DNA of 64,000 nucleotides from Planctomycetota bacterium (GTDB lineage Bacteria; Planctomycetota; B15-G4): NCBI GenBank assembly GCA_965248575.1, contig CBDFJQ010000002.1, positions 4,640,001 to 4,704,000 of the forward strand, read 5' to 3'. Shown piece by piece: positions 20,406 to 30,491 of this stretch (position 1 is its first letter; each line of letters starts with the position of its first letter). The notes under the pieces were generated by a model. It saw only the letters and a program-made list of their open reading frames with translations, ran no database searches and was not told where the DNA came from. The position numbers and the translations under genes were made by a program.

Positions 20406-21782
20406 GTGAGCAGCAAAACCCTCAGGGTGTGGATCAGCCTGCTGCTGGGAGCGGGGCTCTTGTCGCTGGTGATGCAGAGCTGGGACCTCGACGGCATCCT
20501 TGAGATCCTCCGTCCTCTCGACGCGTCGCGCCTGCAATGGCACGTCGAGAGTTCGGGAGCGCCGCCGGACGGCTTGATCGAACTCCACCACGGCGGTCGG
20601 CTCGTGTCTGCAGCCGAGTTGTCATGGAAAGAGGCGTCGTTCGACGTGGCCGTGAACGCTTCGGACGTCGCTGACCCCACCGGCAACTGGGCGCTGGTCG
20701 TCCCGGAAAGCGTAGTCGTCCGCAGCTGGAGCCTGTCCTTCGGGGAAGGCGACGTCGCCGACGGCTCGGCAGCCGTCCGGTTCGCCTCGACATCGTCGTC
20801 ACCGGCCGGAGACATCGACGTCAAGGGAATGGGATGGATCTGGATCGTGCCCTACCTGCTCACGTTCTGGATCGCGCACATCGTGCGGGACGTGCGCTGG
20901 GGCCTCATGATCCGCCCGGTCCGTCGTCTTGGACTGCTGAAGCTCGTCGAGATCGGCGCGGTGGGGTCCATGGCGGTCCTCGTCCTCCCCTTGCGGCTCG
21001 GTGAGTTCGTGAGACCGTTCCTCGCCTCGGAGGAAGACGTGCCGTTTCCCGCGGCTCTGGCGGCCACAGTGCTTGAGCGCCTCGTGGACTGCCTCGGCAT
21101 CGCGGTCATCTTGCTGGTGTCCGTCTCACTCACGGTCGAGCCTTTCGAAATCTCTGACGGAGTGCTCACGGCGGCCTGGGTCGCCGTAGGCGCGTTTGGC
21201 GGTTCGCTGCTCGGCCTGGGCGTTTGGGCCAGTTTTCGCCTCCGTCGAAGGGCGGCCGCTGGAGGCGGACGAACCGAGCCACCTGGGTGGGCCCGGGGCC
21301 TGCACGCTGCGGCTCGCGGTCTGACCACATTGACCACGGTGCGCAGCGCGCCGGCGCTCGTCTTCACGACCGTCGCCTACTGGACCATTACAGCGCTCGG
21401 CATCTGGTGTCTGATGCGCGGCGTCGGCCTCACGACTGCGGACGGCGAAGGACTGACCATGCTCCATGCTTGTGCGTTCATGACCGTTCTGGGCTTGGGG
21501 CTCATGATCCCGGCTGGTCCCGCGTTCACCGGGAGCTTCGAGCTGGCGGGTACCCTGGCGCTCGCGATGTTTCTCACGGATGATGTGGTCGCCACGCGTG
21601 GGGCGGTCTTTGTAACCCTGCTCCACCTTCTGCAGATCGTGGCACAATGCTCCATCGGCTGTTTGTTCCTTGTCTGTGGGAAGAGGTCGTTCCGGACGAT
21701 CGTGGACCGGTCGCGGCAGCGTGCCGCGGCGCGCGAACGGGCCGCCAAGCCCGTGGTGGGCGGCGGCGAAAGGAGTCGCTGA
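20406..21782 (+). CDS. Lysylphosphatidylglycerol-synthase-TM (flippase-like) protein with an inserted soluble domain
   Basis: RW, LPLRLGEFVRP, ERLVD and P.GP...G.FE motifs; ~105-aa non-TM insert after the first helix. Confidence 0.85.
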   Translation: MSSKTLRVWISLLLGAGLLSLVMQSWDLDGILEILRPLDASRLQWHVESSGAPPDGLIELHHGGRLVSAAELSWKEASFDVAVNASDVADPTGNWALVVPESVVVRSWSLSFGEGDVADGSAAVRFASTSSSPAGDIDVKGMGWIWIVPYLLTFWIAHIVRDVRWGLMIRPVRRLGLLKLVEIGAVGSMAVLVLPLRLGEFVRPFLASEEDVPFPAALAATVLERLVDCLGIAVILLVSVSLTVEPFEISDGVLTAAWVAVGAFGGSLLGLGVWASFRLRRRAAAGGGRTEPPGWARGLHAAARGLTTLTTVRSAPALVFTTVAYWTITALGIWCLMRGVGLTTADGEGLTMLHACAFMTVLGLGLMIPAGPAFTGSFELAGTLALAMFLTDDVVATRGAVFVTLLHLLQIVAQCSIGCLFLVCGKRSFRTIVDRSRQRAAARERAAKPVVGGGERSR

Positions 21783-21786
21783 ACGA

Positions 21787-22548
21787 ATGACGAGTCGACG
21801 CGCCGCACGAGAGGTCGGGGGAGTGTTCTCGGGCATTCTGCCCGTCGACCCAGCGAGCCTTGAAGGTGAGGCCGAACGGATCCTCTACCGGCTTCAGCGC
21901 GCTCCGGCGCTCTTCGAGTCGGTCTCGTGTCTCGACGCCGGCTGCGGGATCGGGATCGTCTGCCAGGCCCTTGAGGAGCTGGGGGCCTCACGGGTCGTGG
22001 GCATCGACATCGGCCCTCACACCGAGGTCGCGCAACGCTTGAACCGCGGCAGCGACACGGTGCACGTGGTGCAGGGTTCGGTGCTCGAACTGCCGTTCGG
22101 TGACGAGAGCTTCGGCGTCGTGCATAGCTCCGGCGTGCTCCATCACACCACGAATCTTTCGCAGGGGATGGACGAGTTCGTCCGTGTGCTCGAACCGGGT
22201 GGCCTGCTGTACGTCGCTGTCGTCGGCCGAGAGGGAGGCCAGGCGATCGTGACCGGTGGCATGCGGCTCTTGGCAAAGCTCGTGCCCTTGGCGTGGATGC
22301 GCGCGACCTTGTCGCTCATTCTCCCGCGCTGGATGGTCATGGGGCTGCTGGACGTGGGCTATGCGCCGATCCGTCGCACCTACACAGAGAAGCAGATGAG
22401 GGCGGAGTTCGCGCGTCTCGGCATCCTGGACGTCCAGCGAACCCGGAGCGAGCGCTATGACTACAAGAGCGTCCGCTCGCGGCTCTGGTGGGGCGTGGGG
22501 TGGATCCAGCTGTCTGGTTTCCTGCCGTCTGACGGAAAGCGCGCGTGA
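21787..22548 (+). CDS. Class I SAM-dependent methyltransferase
   Basis: LDAGCGIG, VGID, LPFGDESF, GVLHH and RVLEPGG motifs. Confidence 0.9.
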   Translation: MTSRRAAREVGGVFSGILPVDPASLEGEAERILYRLQRAPALFESVSCLDAGCGIGIVCQALEELGASRVVGIDIGPHTEVAQRLNRGSDTVHVVQGSVLELPFGDESFGVVHSSGVLHHTTNLSQGMDEFVRVLEPGGLLYVAVVGREGGQAIVTGGMRLLAKLVPLAWMRATLSLILPRWMVMGLLDVGYAPIRRTYTEKQMRAEFARLGILDVQRTRSERYDYKSVRSRLWWGVGWIQLSGFLPSDGKRA

Positions 22549-23204
22549 GGACCTTCGCGCGCATGTGCCTGAAGTGGCTGCTGACCGTCCAACGAGCGAG
22601 GCCTCCGGGGCTCACCCTGCTGCTCGTCTTGAATGCCTGGTTGGTCAGCCTGGGCTGGTGGTTTCGCGGCTACCGGCCCCTGCCTTTCAGTCGCGAGGTT
22701 CGCGCACGGGATGGCCGCCGCGCCCAGATCCGCTCGCTGGGACCGGATGACGTTGGCTCAGTCATCTCGCTCATCTCCGGTCTCGACGAGCAGGATCGCT
22801 CTTTCGTTCCGCATGGCACGGGACGCCTCACGGTGCGCATGATGCTCGGTTTCCGTGGCTTCCGTCCGCTCGGGGTGTTTCTCGAGGATGAGCCAAGCAA
22901 GATGGTGGGCTACGGGCTTTGCAGACCGCTCCCGTGGCGGCGCGCCTTGATCGCCGTGGTGCTGTCTCCGGAGAGGCGAGGTCGTCGGCTCGGCGCGATG
23001 CTCCTGGAGAGCCTGGTCGACGTGACGCTGGACATGGATTTGATGCCCTACTCACTGGTCTACGCCAGCAACCATGCGATCCTCGCGTGCCTCGAAGGCA
23101 CGTCCCTGCATGCCGAACCGCTGGACGCAGAAATCTTCACCGTCGAGCTGAAGGACAGGCGAGCCAGGCAGCGTGCAGTGCGCTCGCGGAGCGAGACTCC
23201 GTGA
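22545..23204 (+). CDS. GNAT-fold acetyltransferase-like protein
   Basis: IRSLGPDD, VGYG and RGRRLG acetyl-CoA-binding motif, downstream SN; GTGA coupling. Confidence 0.7.
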   Translation: MRTFARMCLKWLLTVQRARPPGLTLLLVLNAWLVSLGWWFRGYRPLPFSREVRARDGRRAQIRSLGPDDVGSVISLISGLDEQDRSFVPHGTGRLTVRMMLGFRGFRPLGVFLEDEPSKMVGYGLCRPLPWRRALIAVVLSPERRGRRLGAMLLESLVDVTLDMDLMPYSLVYASNHAILACLEGTSLHAEPLDAEIFTVELKDRRARQRAVRSRSETP

Positions 23205-24514
23205 AGACGGCCCGGCGCATCGGAGTTGTGGGTGGTGGCATGATGGGCCTCGCCGCTGCACGGGAGCTGCTGGACCAGGGCGTGCATGTCGAGCTTCTGG
23301 AGGCGGGCCCCGAGTTGGGCGGCCTGGCCGCCCCGATGGACTACGGGCCGTTCGTCTGGGACCGCTTCTATCATTGCATCCTGCCAGGGGATGCGAACGT
23401 GTTGGGTCTGATCGACAGGCTTGGTCTGACGTCAGAGGTGCGCTGGAGCCGGACCTCGTCGGGCTTCTACTTTGGTGGCGAGACGTATTCGCTCAAGACG
23501 GCTGCCGAACTGCTCGCCTTCAAGCCACTCCCGTTTCTTCAGCGTGTGCGTCTCGGGTTGTTCGGCGTCCTCTGCGGTCGCATGTTTTCCGGAGACGATC
23601 TGGAGCACCAGACTGCCGAGGCTTTCCTTCGGAGGTACGCGGGCGACGCAGCATGGGATGTGGTCTGGCACCCGCTTCTGCGAGCGAAACTCGGAGAGGC
23701 TGCGAACACCATCTCCGCACGGTTCATCTGGGACAGCGTCAACCGGTTGCAGTCCAGCCGACAGGGCGTCAAGAAAGAGGAGAAGCTGGGCTTCGTCTCG
23801 GGGGGCTACGCGCGGGTTCGGGATGCGCTCGTGAAGCAGCTCAAGGCCGACGGCGCCGTGCTCAAGACCGGTGTCGCCGTGCAGTCCATCGCGCGGGCGT
23901 CCGACGGCTCCGGCGCCGGCGTGGCGGTCGAGACGGATGCCGGGCGGTTCGAGTTCGACGACGTCCTCATCACGGTCAGCAGCCCCGTGGCCAGTCGCCT
24001 TGTCTCTGGTGCCGCGTCCGAGCTCCTGGCCAGCACGGCCTACATGGGCGTCGTCGTTGGCGCCCTGGTGTTGAAGCGCGCCCTCAACCCTTATTACATC
24101 CTGAACATCTCGGACCCCGGCATTGACCTGACCGGCATCATCGGCACCAGCAATCTGGTGGGCGAGCGTGCCATGAACGGGTACCACCTCTACTACACAC
24201 CGCGCTACCTCATGCAAGAGGATCCGGCATGGGGGCGATCTGATAGCGAATGGGCGGCGCACTTTCGTTCCCAGGTCAGCCGAGTCATTCCTGACCTCCA
24301 GGACGACGACATCGAGAGCAGCCACGTCTCGCGCGCCCGCTTCGTCCAACCGATCCTCGACATGGGGTATCGGGATCGCATGCCGCCCCTGGCCTTGGAC
24401 CCACCAGGCATCTGGTTGGTGAACAGCAGCCATTGCTACCAGGGCCCCGTCAACCTTGACCTGGTCGTGGGGCACGCCGTGTCCTCCGTGCGGGAGATCA
24501 TCGGGAGCCGATGA
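23201..24514 (+). CDS. FAD-dependent oxidoreductase (protoporphyrinogen/amine-oxidase-like, glycosylation-locus type)
   Basis: IGVVGGGMMGLAAA...LLEA...LGGLA Rossmann motif; DRFYH; GTG start overlapping the upstream stop. Confidence 0.9.
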   Translation: MKTARRIGVVGGGMMGLAAARELLDQGVHVELLEAGPELGGLAAPMDYGPFVWDRFYHCILPGDANVLGLIDRLGLTSEVRWSRTSSGFYFGGETYSLKTAAELLAFKPLPFLQRVRLGLFGVLCGRMFSGDDLEHQTAEAFLRRYAGDAAWDVVWHPLLRAKLGEAANTISARFIWDSVNRLQSSRQGVKKEEKLGFVSGGYARVRDALVKQLKADGAVLKTGVAVQSIARASDGSGAGVAVETDAGRFEFDDVLITVSSPVASRLVSGAASELLASTAYMGVVVGALVLKRALNPYYILNISDPGIDLTGIIGTSNLVGERAMNGYHLYYTPRYLMQEDPAWGRSDSEWAAHFRSQVSRVIPDLQDDDIESSHVSRARFVQPILDMGYRDRMPPLALDPPGIWLVNSSHCYQGPVNLDLVVGHAVSSVREIIGSR

Positions 24515-26016
24515 ACGACGCCGCCCCACGATGGCCGCTACTCGTCGTCGCCGTCGTGGCAGGTGTGCTCGCGTTCTGGGATTTGGGTGCCGAGTCGCTG
24601 TGGTTTGACGAAGCCTGGTCAGTCGAGCTGGCCAGTCGGGACCTCTCGGTGACGCTGTCAGAGTATGTCGAGTCCAATCGCGAAGGTCCGCCTCTCTACT
24701 TCGTCGTGTTGCATGAGTGGATGGCTGTGTTTGGTCAGAGCGAGGCTGCTGTCCGTGCACTGTCGGCCCTCGCGTCCGTGATCACGGCCTGCTGTCTCTA
24801 CCTGCTCTTCGGGCGAGCCTTCGGCTGGCGCGTCGGCCTGGCGTCCTCCGTGCTCACGGCAGCGCTACCGGCCTCCGTCCACATCGCACAGGAAGCGCGC
24901 AACTACTCGATGCTGACGGCCCTGCTCTGCCTCGGGTTGCTCTGCACCTTGCGCTTCCTGGATCGTCCGAGCGTGGGCAACGCCCTCGTCCTCACGCTGG
25001 TGAACCTGGCTGCGCTGTTCACACATCACCTCGCAATCGAGGGTGTGGTGGTGCAGAACCTCATGTTCCTCTGCGCCCGGGATCGCAAACCCGGCCTGTG
25101 GACCCAGTGGATGCTCAGCCAGGGGTTGCTCGTGGTGACGCTCCTGCCGGCGCTGCTCCTCCTGCCCCAGAAAGAGGCGGTGGCGTCTTGGGTCCCGATG
25201 CCCAATGCGAACTCCCTGCTCAACGCGCTGGCGGTGTTCACGGGGGGTGGGTTCATCGAGAACCCCTTCGCTGCCCGGGACATAGGTCTGCGGGTCAGCG
25301 TTCCGTCGGTCTCGGCTTGCGTTGTAGGGGGTCTGTTCGCCTGCGTGGGGCTGGTCGCGGCCGTTCGGCAATACCGTCATGGGTCATCTCATGCGCGTGC
25401 CGGCGCACTCGTGGTCCTGGGCATGATCAGCATGGCGATCCTCCTGCCGCTGGTGGTGAGCTACGTGGCGGCCCCTGCGTTCATTCCCCGGTACTACATC
25501 CACGGTGCACCGTTCTTTGCGATGCTCATGATGCTGGGAGCGAGCTTCTTGATGCGCGGCGGGTGGCGGTTCTGGGTGGCGTCAGCCCTGCTGTTCGGTC
25601 TTGCCCTGGCGGGGACGGTTGAAGAGCTCAGCTATCGCACGAAGGACAACTGGCGCGAGGCAGCGCGGTTGGTAGAGGACGGGCTCCAACCCGGGGATGC
25701 CGTCGTTGTCACCGATGAACGGGGCCTCGTCCCATTCACGTACTACTACTCGGGTGGCGTGGAGCCTCAGGCCATCCCGGGGCGCAGGGGCCGCCCGCTT
25801 GCCACAGCCGCGGACATCCAGGAAGCGTCGGCGCTCGTGCCGCTAGCCGGGTCGCTCTGGCTCGTGCTTCCGTGGGGTGGGTCGCAGGACGGCGGAAGAA
25901 ACCACCTCTGGGCGACCTTCGAATCCTCGCCTCGGTGGTTCGAGCGCATCGACGGCAAGGCGTTCCGGGGAGATTGGGGCGGGGTGCTCGTCCTGCGCTA
26001 CCGGAAGCGTAGTTGA
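24511..26016 (+). CDS. GT-C glycosyltransferase (GT39/PMT_2-like)
   Basis: SLWFDEAWS, PPLYF, SEAAVRALS, QEARNY and PRY motifs; multiple TM segments. Confidence 0.9.
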   Translation: MNDAAPRWPLLVVAVVAGVLAFWDLGAESLWFDEAWSVELASRDLSVTLSEYVESNREGPPLYFVVLHEWMAVFGQSEAAVRALSALASVITACCLYLLFGRAFGWRVGLASSVLTAALPASVHIAQEARNYSMLTALLCLGLLCTLRFLDRPSVGNALVLTLVNLAALFTHHLAIEGVVVQNLMFLCARDRKPGLWTQWMLSQGLLVVTLLPALLLLPQKEAVASWVPMPNANSLLNALAVFTGGGFIENPFAARDIGLRVSVPSVSACVVGGLFACVGLVAAVRQYRHGSSHARAGALVVLGMISMAILLPLVVSYVAAPAFIPRYYIHGAPFFAMLMMLGASFLMRGGWRFWVASALLFGLALAGTVEELSYRTKDNWREAARLVEDGLQPGDAVVVTDERGLVPFTYYYSGGVEPQAIPGRRGRPLATAADIQEASALVPLAGSLWLVLPWGGSQDGGRNHLWATFESSPRWFERIDGKAFRGDWGGVLVLRYRKRS

Positions 26017-27857
26017 GCGTGGAGCCACAGCGCATCGGAGAACGGCTGCTCGAGGTGCTCGGGCTGCTCGCGGTGCTATCGGTTGTCCTCTGGATGGGCG
26101 CGTGGCGCTGGCCCGACCTGCTGGTGGACTTCGGCGAGGAGTTGTACGTCCCGTGGCAAATGCTGGAGGGCCGTGTCCTCTACGAAGAGATGGTCTATCT
26201 CCGGGGACCCTTCTCAGCTTGGGTCAATTGGGCCGCATTCGGCGTGCTGGGCGTGGGCCTCGAGAGCCTCGTTCTGGTCAACGTCTCGATCATCGTAGCT
26301 CTCACGCTGCTCATCCACGGGATCTTTGGCACGGCTGGGTCGCGCCTCTCGCGCATCTGCACGTCGCTGACGTTCGTGTTGGTCTTCGCGGCCGCCCAGT
26401 ACAGCAACACGGGCAACTACAACTACGTCACGCCGTATTCCCACGAGCAGTCTCACGCGATCCTGCTTGGGTTGCTTGGGATCGCCTGCCTCGGAAGATT
26501 CGCTCGGCGGTCCTCGCCCGCCTGGCTAGCCATCTCCGGCCTGACTCTGGGCGCTGCCGCCCTCACCAAGCCTGAGCTGTTTGCCGCCTGTGCGGCTGGC
26601 ATCTCTGTTGGCCTGGGGGTGTCGTGGTACGTGGGGGCCCTCTCCCGGCGCGAGGTGTTGCGTGCCGCCGCGTGGGTGGTGGCCGGCGGGGTCGTGGCGC
26701 TGGCGGCTGCCGCAGCCCTCGGAGTCGCCTCAGGAACCGTGAATCCAAAGGACATGTTGTTCGCGTGGCTCGAATACCCGCGATGGTCCCGGCTTGTCGG
26801 TGCCGATCCGATGACCCTGTCCGTCCTGGGCTTCGACAAGGTCGGCCGCAACATCAGCCTCATGCTCCTGGTGGCCGGAGCGTGGATCTTGTTGCTAGGC
26901 GTCCTGGCGGTCGTCGCTCGTGCGCTGAACGCGCGCGGCGTTCCGCGTGCTGCCTGTGTCGTCGCGGGTGCTTTGGTCACCTTGCTGCCGGGGTTCCTGC
27001 TGCTCGACCCCCAGGACTGGCTCTACCGGGCCATGCGTCCGGCTCCTGTGCTGCTGGCCGGGTGGATCGTCGCGCAGCTGTTCGAGGCTCGGCGCATTCG
27101 AAAACTCGATGCTCCGGAACGCGAGCAGCATGCCCTCGCGTTCGCGGCGCGTCGGATGCCGGTGCTGGCCGTCGGCGCCATGGGGCTGGTGCTCCTCGCC
27201 CGGATGCCGCTCAAGACTCAGGTGTTCCACTACGGCTTCGCGCTCGCGATGCCTGCCACCCTCGTGCTTGTGCACGGTCTGGTGCACGACCTGCCGAGAC
27301 GCCTGCAGGCCTGGTCCGCGGGAGGCCCGTGTTTCGTCGCGGGAGCCGTCGCCCTCCTCGTTCTCGGTTGGACGGTTCATGCCGAGGTGTCCCTGGACGT
27401 GTACGGGAAGAAGAACACTTGGGTGGCAGGGACGTTCCGCGCCTTCGATGAGCAGACGGACAACCGAACACTTCCCTTCTCCGATGCGGTCGCATGGCTC
27501 TCCAATCATCTCTCGCCGGACGAGCAGTTTGTCGTGTTCCCGGAGGGTGTGATGCTCAACGTCCTGGCCAAGCGATCGAGCACGACGAGGTTCACCACCT
27601 ACAACCCTGCCCTCTTCCTGATTCTTGGAGGCGAGGATCCCGTGCTCCAAGACTTGCGCTCGTCGCCCCCTGACTATGTGGTGCTGGTGGACCGGGACAA
27701 CTCGGAACATGGCGCGCGCTATTTCGGTCAGGACTATGCCAAGGCGGTGGGAAGGTGGATGCGCCGCCGATACGAACCGGTGGTTACGTTCGGAGCCCCA
27801 CCGTTCCAGGGCCGAGGTTTCGGAATCGCCATTATGAGGAGAAACGCTGGCCGGTGA
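26013..27857 (+). CDS. Polytopic GT-C-like membrane glycosyltransferase
   Basis: DFGEELY...G.VLY...GP first loop; LTKPE; many TM segments and a C-terminal soluble domain (PPDYVV). Confidence 0.75.
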   Translation: MSVEPQRIGERLLEVLGLLAVLSVVLWMGAWRWPDLLVDFGEELYVPWQMLEGRVLYEEMVYLRGPFSAWVNWAAFGVLGVGLESLVLVNVSIIVALTLLIHGIFGTAGSRLSRICTSLTFVLVFAAAQYSNTGNYNYVTPYSHEQSHAILLGLLGIACLGRFARRSSPAWLAISGLTLGAAALTKPELFAACAAGISVGLGVSWYVGALSRREVLRAAAWVVAGGVVALAAAAALGVASGTVNPKDMLFAWLEYPRWSRLVGADPMTLSVLGFDKVGRNISLMLLVAGAWILLLGVLAVVARALNARGVPRAACVVAGALVTLLPGFLLLDPQDWLYRAMRPAPVLLAGWIVAQLFEARRIRKLDAPEREQHALAFAARRMPVLAVGAMGLVLLARMPLKTQVFHYGFALAMPATLVLVHGLVHDLPRRLQAWSAGGPCFVAGAVALLVLGWTVHAEVSLDVYGKKNTWVAGTFRAFDEQTDNRTLPFSDAVAWLSNHLSPDEQFVVFPEGVMLNVLAKRSSTTRFTTYNPALFLILGGEDPVLQDLRSSPPDYVVLVDRDNSEHGARYFGQDYAKAVGRWMRRRYEPVVTFGAPPFQGRGFGIAIMRRNAGR

Positions 27858-27911
27858 GGGTTGCAGCTGTTCCCACACCACGACCGGCCCGCCTGAAGTA
27901 GACTGGCCGCC

Positions 27912-28517
27912 GTGAACTTTGTCCTGCGCAAGATCCTGGCTGGTCTAAGCACTCAACAGAATCGGACCCCCTGGCTCGGCCCGCTCATTCTTGGGGCGAA
28001 CGAGCGGGCAGTCCGCGTTGTTTGGGCCCTCCAAGGCGTGCGGCCGCCCGAGCTGGACTGCGAAGCCGTTGCGGGTCCCCGACGCTACCGGTTCGCGATG
28101 CTCGGGATCGACGACGCGCCGGAGGTCATACGCTTCTTGTCCGAGTCAATCACCTCGGACGAGCAAGCCTTCATCCCTCACCCATGCACGCCGCGTGGCG
28201 TGCGGCGGGTCCTGGGATTCCGTGCCGTTCATTCGGTGGGGGCCTTCCACGGTGAGGAACTCGTCGCGTACGCGTGCCTCCGACCGACAGTGATGGGCAG
28301 GACGCTCATGGCCGCGGTGATCGCACGGCGGCATCGGAGGTTCGACATGCCGTCACACTTCGGTCGATGCCTGCTTGAGGTCATCCATGCGACGCGCCAG
28401 ACCCTGTTGACGACGATTGCCGAATCAAACAAAGCGAGTCTCGCGGCGGCTCGCCGCATAGGCATTCACCTAGAGCCCCTGTCCCCCGGCATCGTGCTCG
28501 GAACCACGAAGGGCTAG
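27912..28517 (+). CDS. GNAT-fold protein, paralog of 22545-23204
   Basis: Shares F.PH......R..LGFR.....G.F....V.Y..RP....L.A.V and downstream SN with the upstream GNAT. Confidence 0.65.
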   Translation: MNFVLRKILAGLSTQQNRTPWLGPLILGANERAVRVVWALQGVRPPELDCEAVAGPRRYRFAMLGIDDAPEVIRFLSESITSDEQAFIPHPCTPRGVRRVLGFRAVHSVGAFHGEELVAYACLRPTVMGRTLMAAVIARRHRRFDMPSHFGRCLLEVIHATRQTLLTTIAESNKASLAAARRIGIHLEPLSPGIVLGTTKG

Positions 28518-28589
28518 CCGCTCCGTCGTCCGAGCAGCCCAGCACCCTCCGAGATCCGCTCGGGTCCGCTCGGGCACGCCGGGAATGAT

Positions 28590-28825
28590 CCTCCTGCTGC
28601 GGAAGTCCCAGTCGGCGTCGTGGACCAGAGACGTCGGGGAGATGTTGGTGAAGGAGACGGAGAAGACGGCAGTCCCCGTGATGGGAGAGGCCGTGAAGTT
28701 CGCCACGATCTGCGCGCAAGCGAGGGGGGGCTGACCAGGCGAGCAGCAAGGGAGGAGCCGAGGGCGAACTGACTGTGCGCGGCGCATGATGTTGAGGCTC
28801 CGGGTCCCGCGCCGCTCGTGTTCAT
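28590..28825 (-). pseudogene. Remnant of a secreted PKD-domain protein
   Basis: AQIVANFTASPITGTAVFSVSFTNIS...WDF is the start of a PKD domain; the ATG with an RBS-like sequence at 28825 is in another frame, and the reading degenerates after WDF. Confidence 0.55.
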
Positions 28826-29032
28826 GACCTGCTCCTTCCACCCAGGTTCGTCCCGGAGCTGAGCAAGGCTCTCTTGCCGTCATCGACTCGCGCCTCAGCG
28901 TCCGCCGGTTGACAAGCCATGCTGCGGTGAGCTCGAGGAGTGAGCGGCCAAGACCCTTGTGTCGCGATCGTCGCTGCACTCGCCTTGACCGTTCCCACTG
29001 CCCTCGGGCAAGACTACAAGCTCGTGGGTGAA

Positions 29033-29514
29033 GTGGAGGGCGGTCCAACTGGACCGGGGGCGGAGGGATCGGAGGCTCCATTCCCATCCCCATCCCCAGG
29101 TTGAACACAGATCCCTACCCGACTGACTGCCGGGTCGTCAATGTCGACGGCGATGGGACGAATGACCTGGAACTCTTCATGGCCGTTGTCGACGCCAACG
29201 GAGTCCCCAGCGGTGACTTGACTTACATGCCCATCTCAGTTGGGACACAGGGGGGCATCCAGGACGACTTGGTCCAAGACTTCATCTCAGCGTTCATTCC
29301 GCATGGGGAGGAGCTGAATGCCATACGCGTGGGAGACACGACGATCATCCTTGACCCGAAGCGCAGATCCTCTATCAGTTAATTCGACATCAGAGTGCCG
29401 GGTCTTCTCGCGAGATATCCAGATCTACTTCTGCCGGGTCTTTTGACGGATGAGTGTTGGCTCGCTGAAGTGCCACCCAACGGAGTGAGCTTCCCTCGCC
29501 TTCTGGGCGACTGA
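29033..29514 (+). pseudogene. Decayed or hypothetical gene fragment
   Basis: Frame reads ...NVDGDGTNDLELF... to TAA 29380-29382, then continues open (FDIRVPGLLARYPDLLLPG...) to TGA ~29514; no good start. Confidence 0.3.
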
Positions 29515-29551
29515 TGGTCGAGGGCTCTTCGCGCTCGATCGACGTGTGGGG

Positions 29552-30298
29552 TCAGTCGGCGGGCATCAGTGCCCACGTCAGCCAGAACAGCAGCTGCGCG
29601 TAGGCCATCATCACAGCGACCCAGCTCGCCGTGAGCCCGAGGCCCTGGAGCAAGGACACGCCTGCCCTGCGGCCATAACCGCTGAGCTGCGCGCGCGTGA
29701 ACCACTGCAATGTACCTACGGTGAGCAGCAGCAATTTCGTCAAGCCTTGGGTCTCCGGATCATTCACACCGATCATTCGGAGCACGGTGTCTGCGCACCA
29801 GATGAGCAGCGGCCAACTGAGCAGGATCCAGCTCACGGCGTAGAGCGCGAACATGAGGTGCACGCCGAAGGGGCGGCGCAGGTCGAGGAGCTTGGCGAGC
29901 AACGCGAGCATTGGCACCAAGAGCAGCGCAAAGGTGGGCTGGCGGAAGTCGAGATGGTTGTCAAAGCGTTCTTCGTAGACCTCGCGGCTCAGCTCGTACT
30001 CCACGCGTTGCGTCTCGATCAGCTCGGCGTAGCTTGAGTTCGACTTCTCGAGGCTTTCGAGCGAGAAGCGGAACAAGCCGACCTGCGGACCGATCATGAA
30101 GAACAGCAAGTTCACGAAGACGAACAGGCGCAGCGGCTCGCGGAAGACGTGCTGGCGCTTCTCAAGTTGCTGCGCCACGAGGCTTCCGGGCGCGACGCAC
30201 AATCGACGCAGCGTGGCGAGCAAGCCAGTATCCACGTCGGCTAGATAGGCCCACACGGCGGCAAAGACGGCAACGGCAGAGAACGCGCTCGTGATCAT
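29552..30298 (-). CDS. DUF3667-like membrane protein, probably 5'-truncated
   Basis: D..L..TLR.L...PG.L...PLRLFVFVNLLFF and H..FAL motifs; the usual N-terminal Cys zinc ribbon is absent. Confidence 0.65.
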   Translation of the reverse strand: MITSAFSAVAVFAAVWAYLADVDTGLLATLRRLCVAPGSLVAQQLEKRQHVFREPLRLFVFVNLLFFMIGPQVGLFRFSLESLEKSNSSYAELIETQRVEYELSREVYEERFDNHLDFRQPTFALLLVPMLALLAKLLDLRRPFGVHLMFALYAVSWILLSWPLLIWCADTVLRMIGVNDPETQGLTKLLLLTVGTLQWFTRAQLSGYGRRAGVSLLQGLGLTASWVAVMMAYAQLLFWLTWALMPAD

Positions 30299-30491
30299 GT
30301 GCCCAAAGCTAGCAAGGTTCGAGCGGGTCCTGCGAGGCTCATCGCGCCGTGAGTTCTCAGGGTACGACGATTCCGTCGGTCCACCGTGCGCACTGGCGTG
30401 CAAGACTTGCGCCAGGTCGAGAGGGTTCCGCTCTGGGTCATTGAAAGGATGCCAAGCGAACGTGTTTGTCACCCGGCCTTGAGCTGACGGT

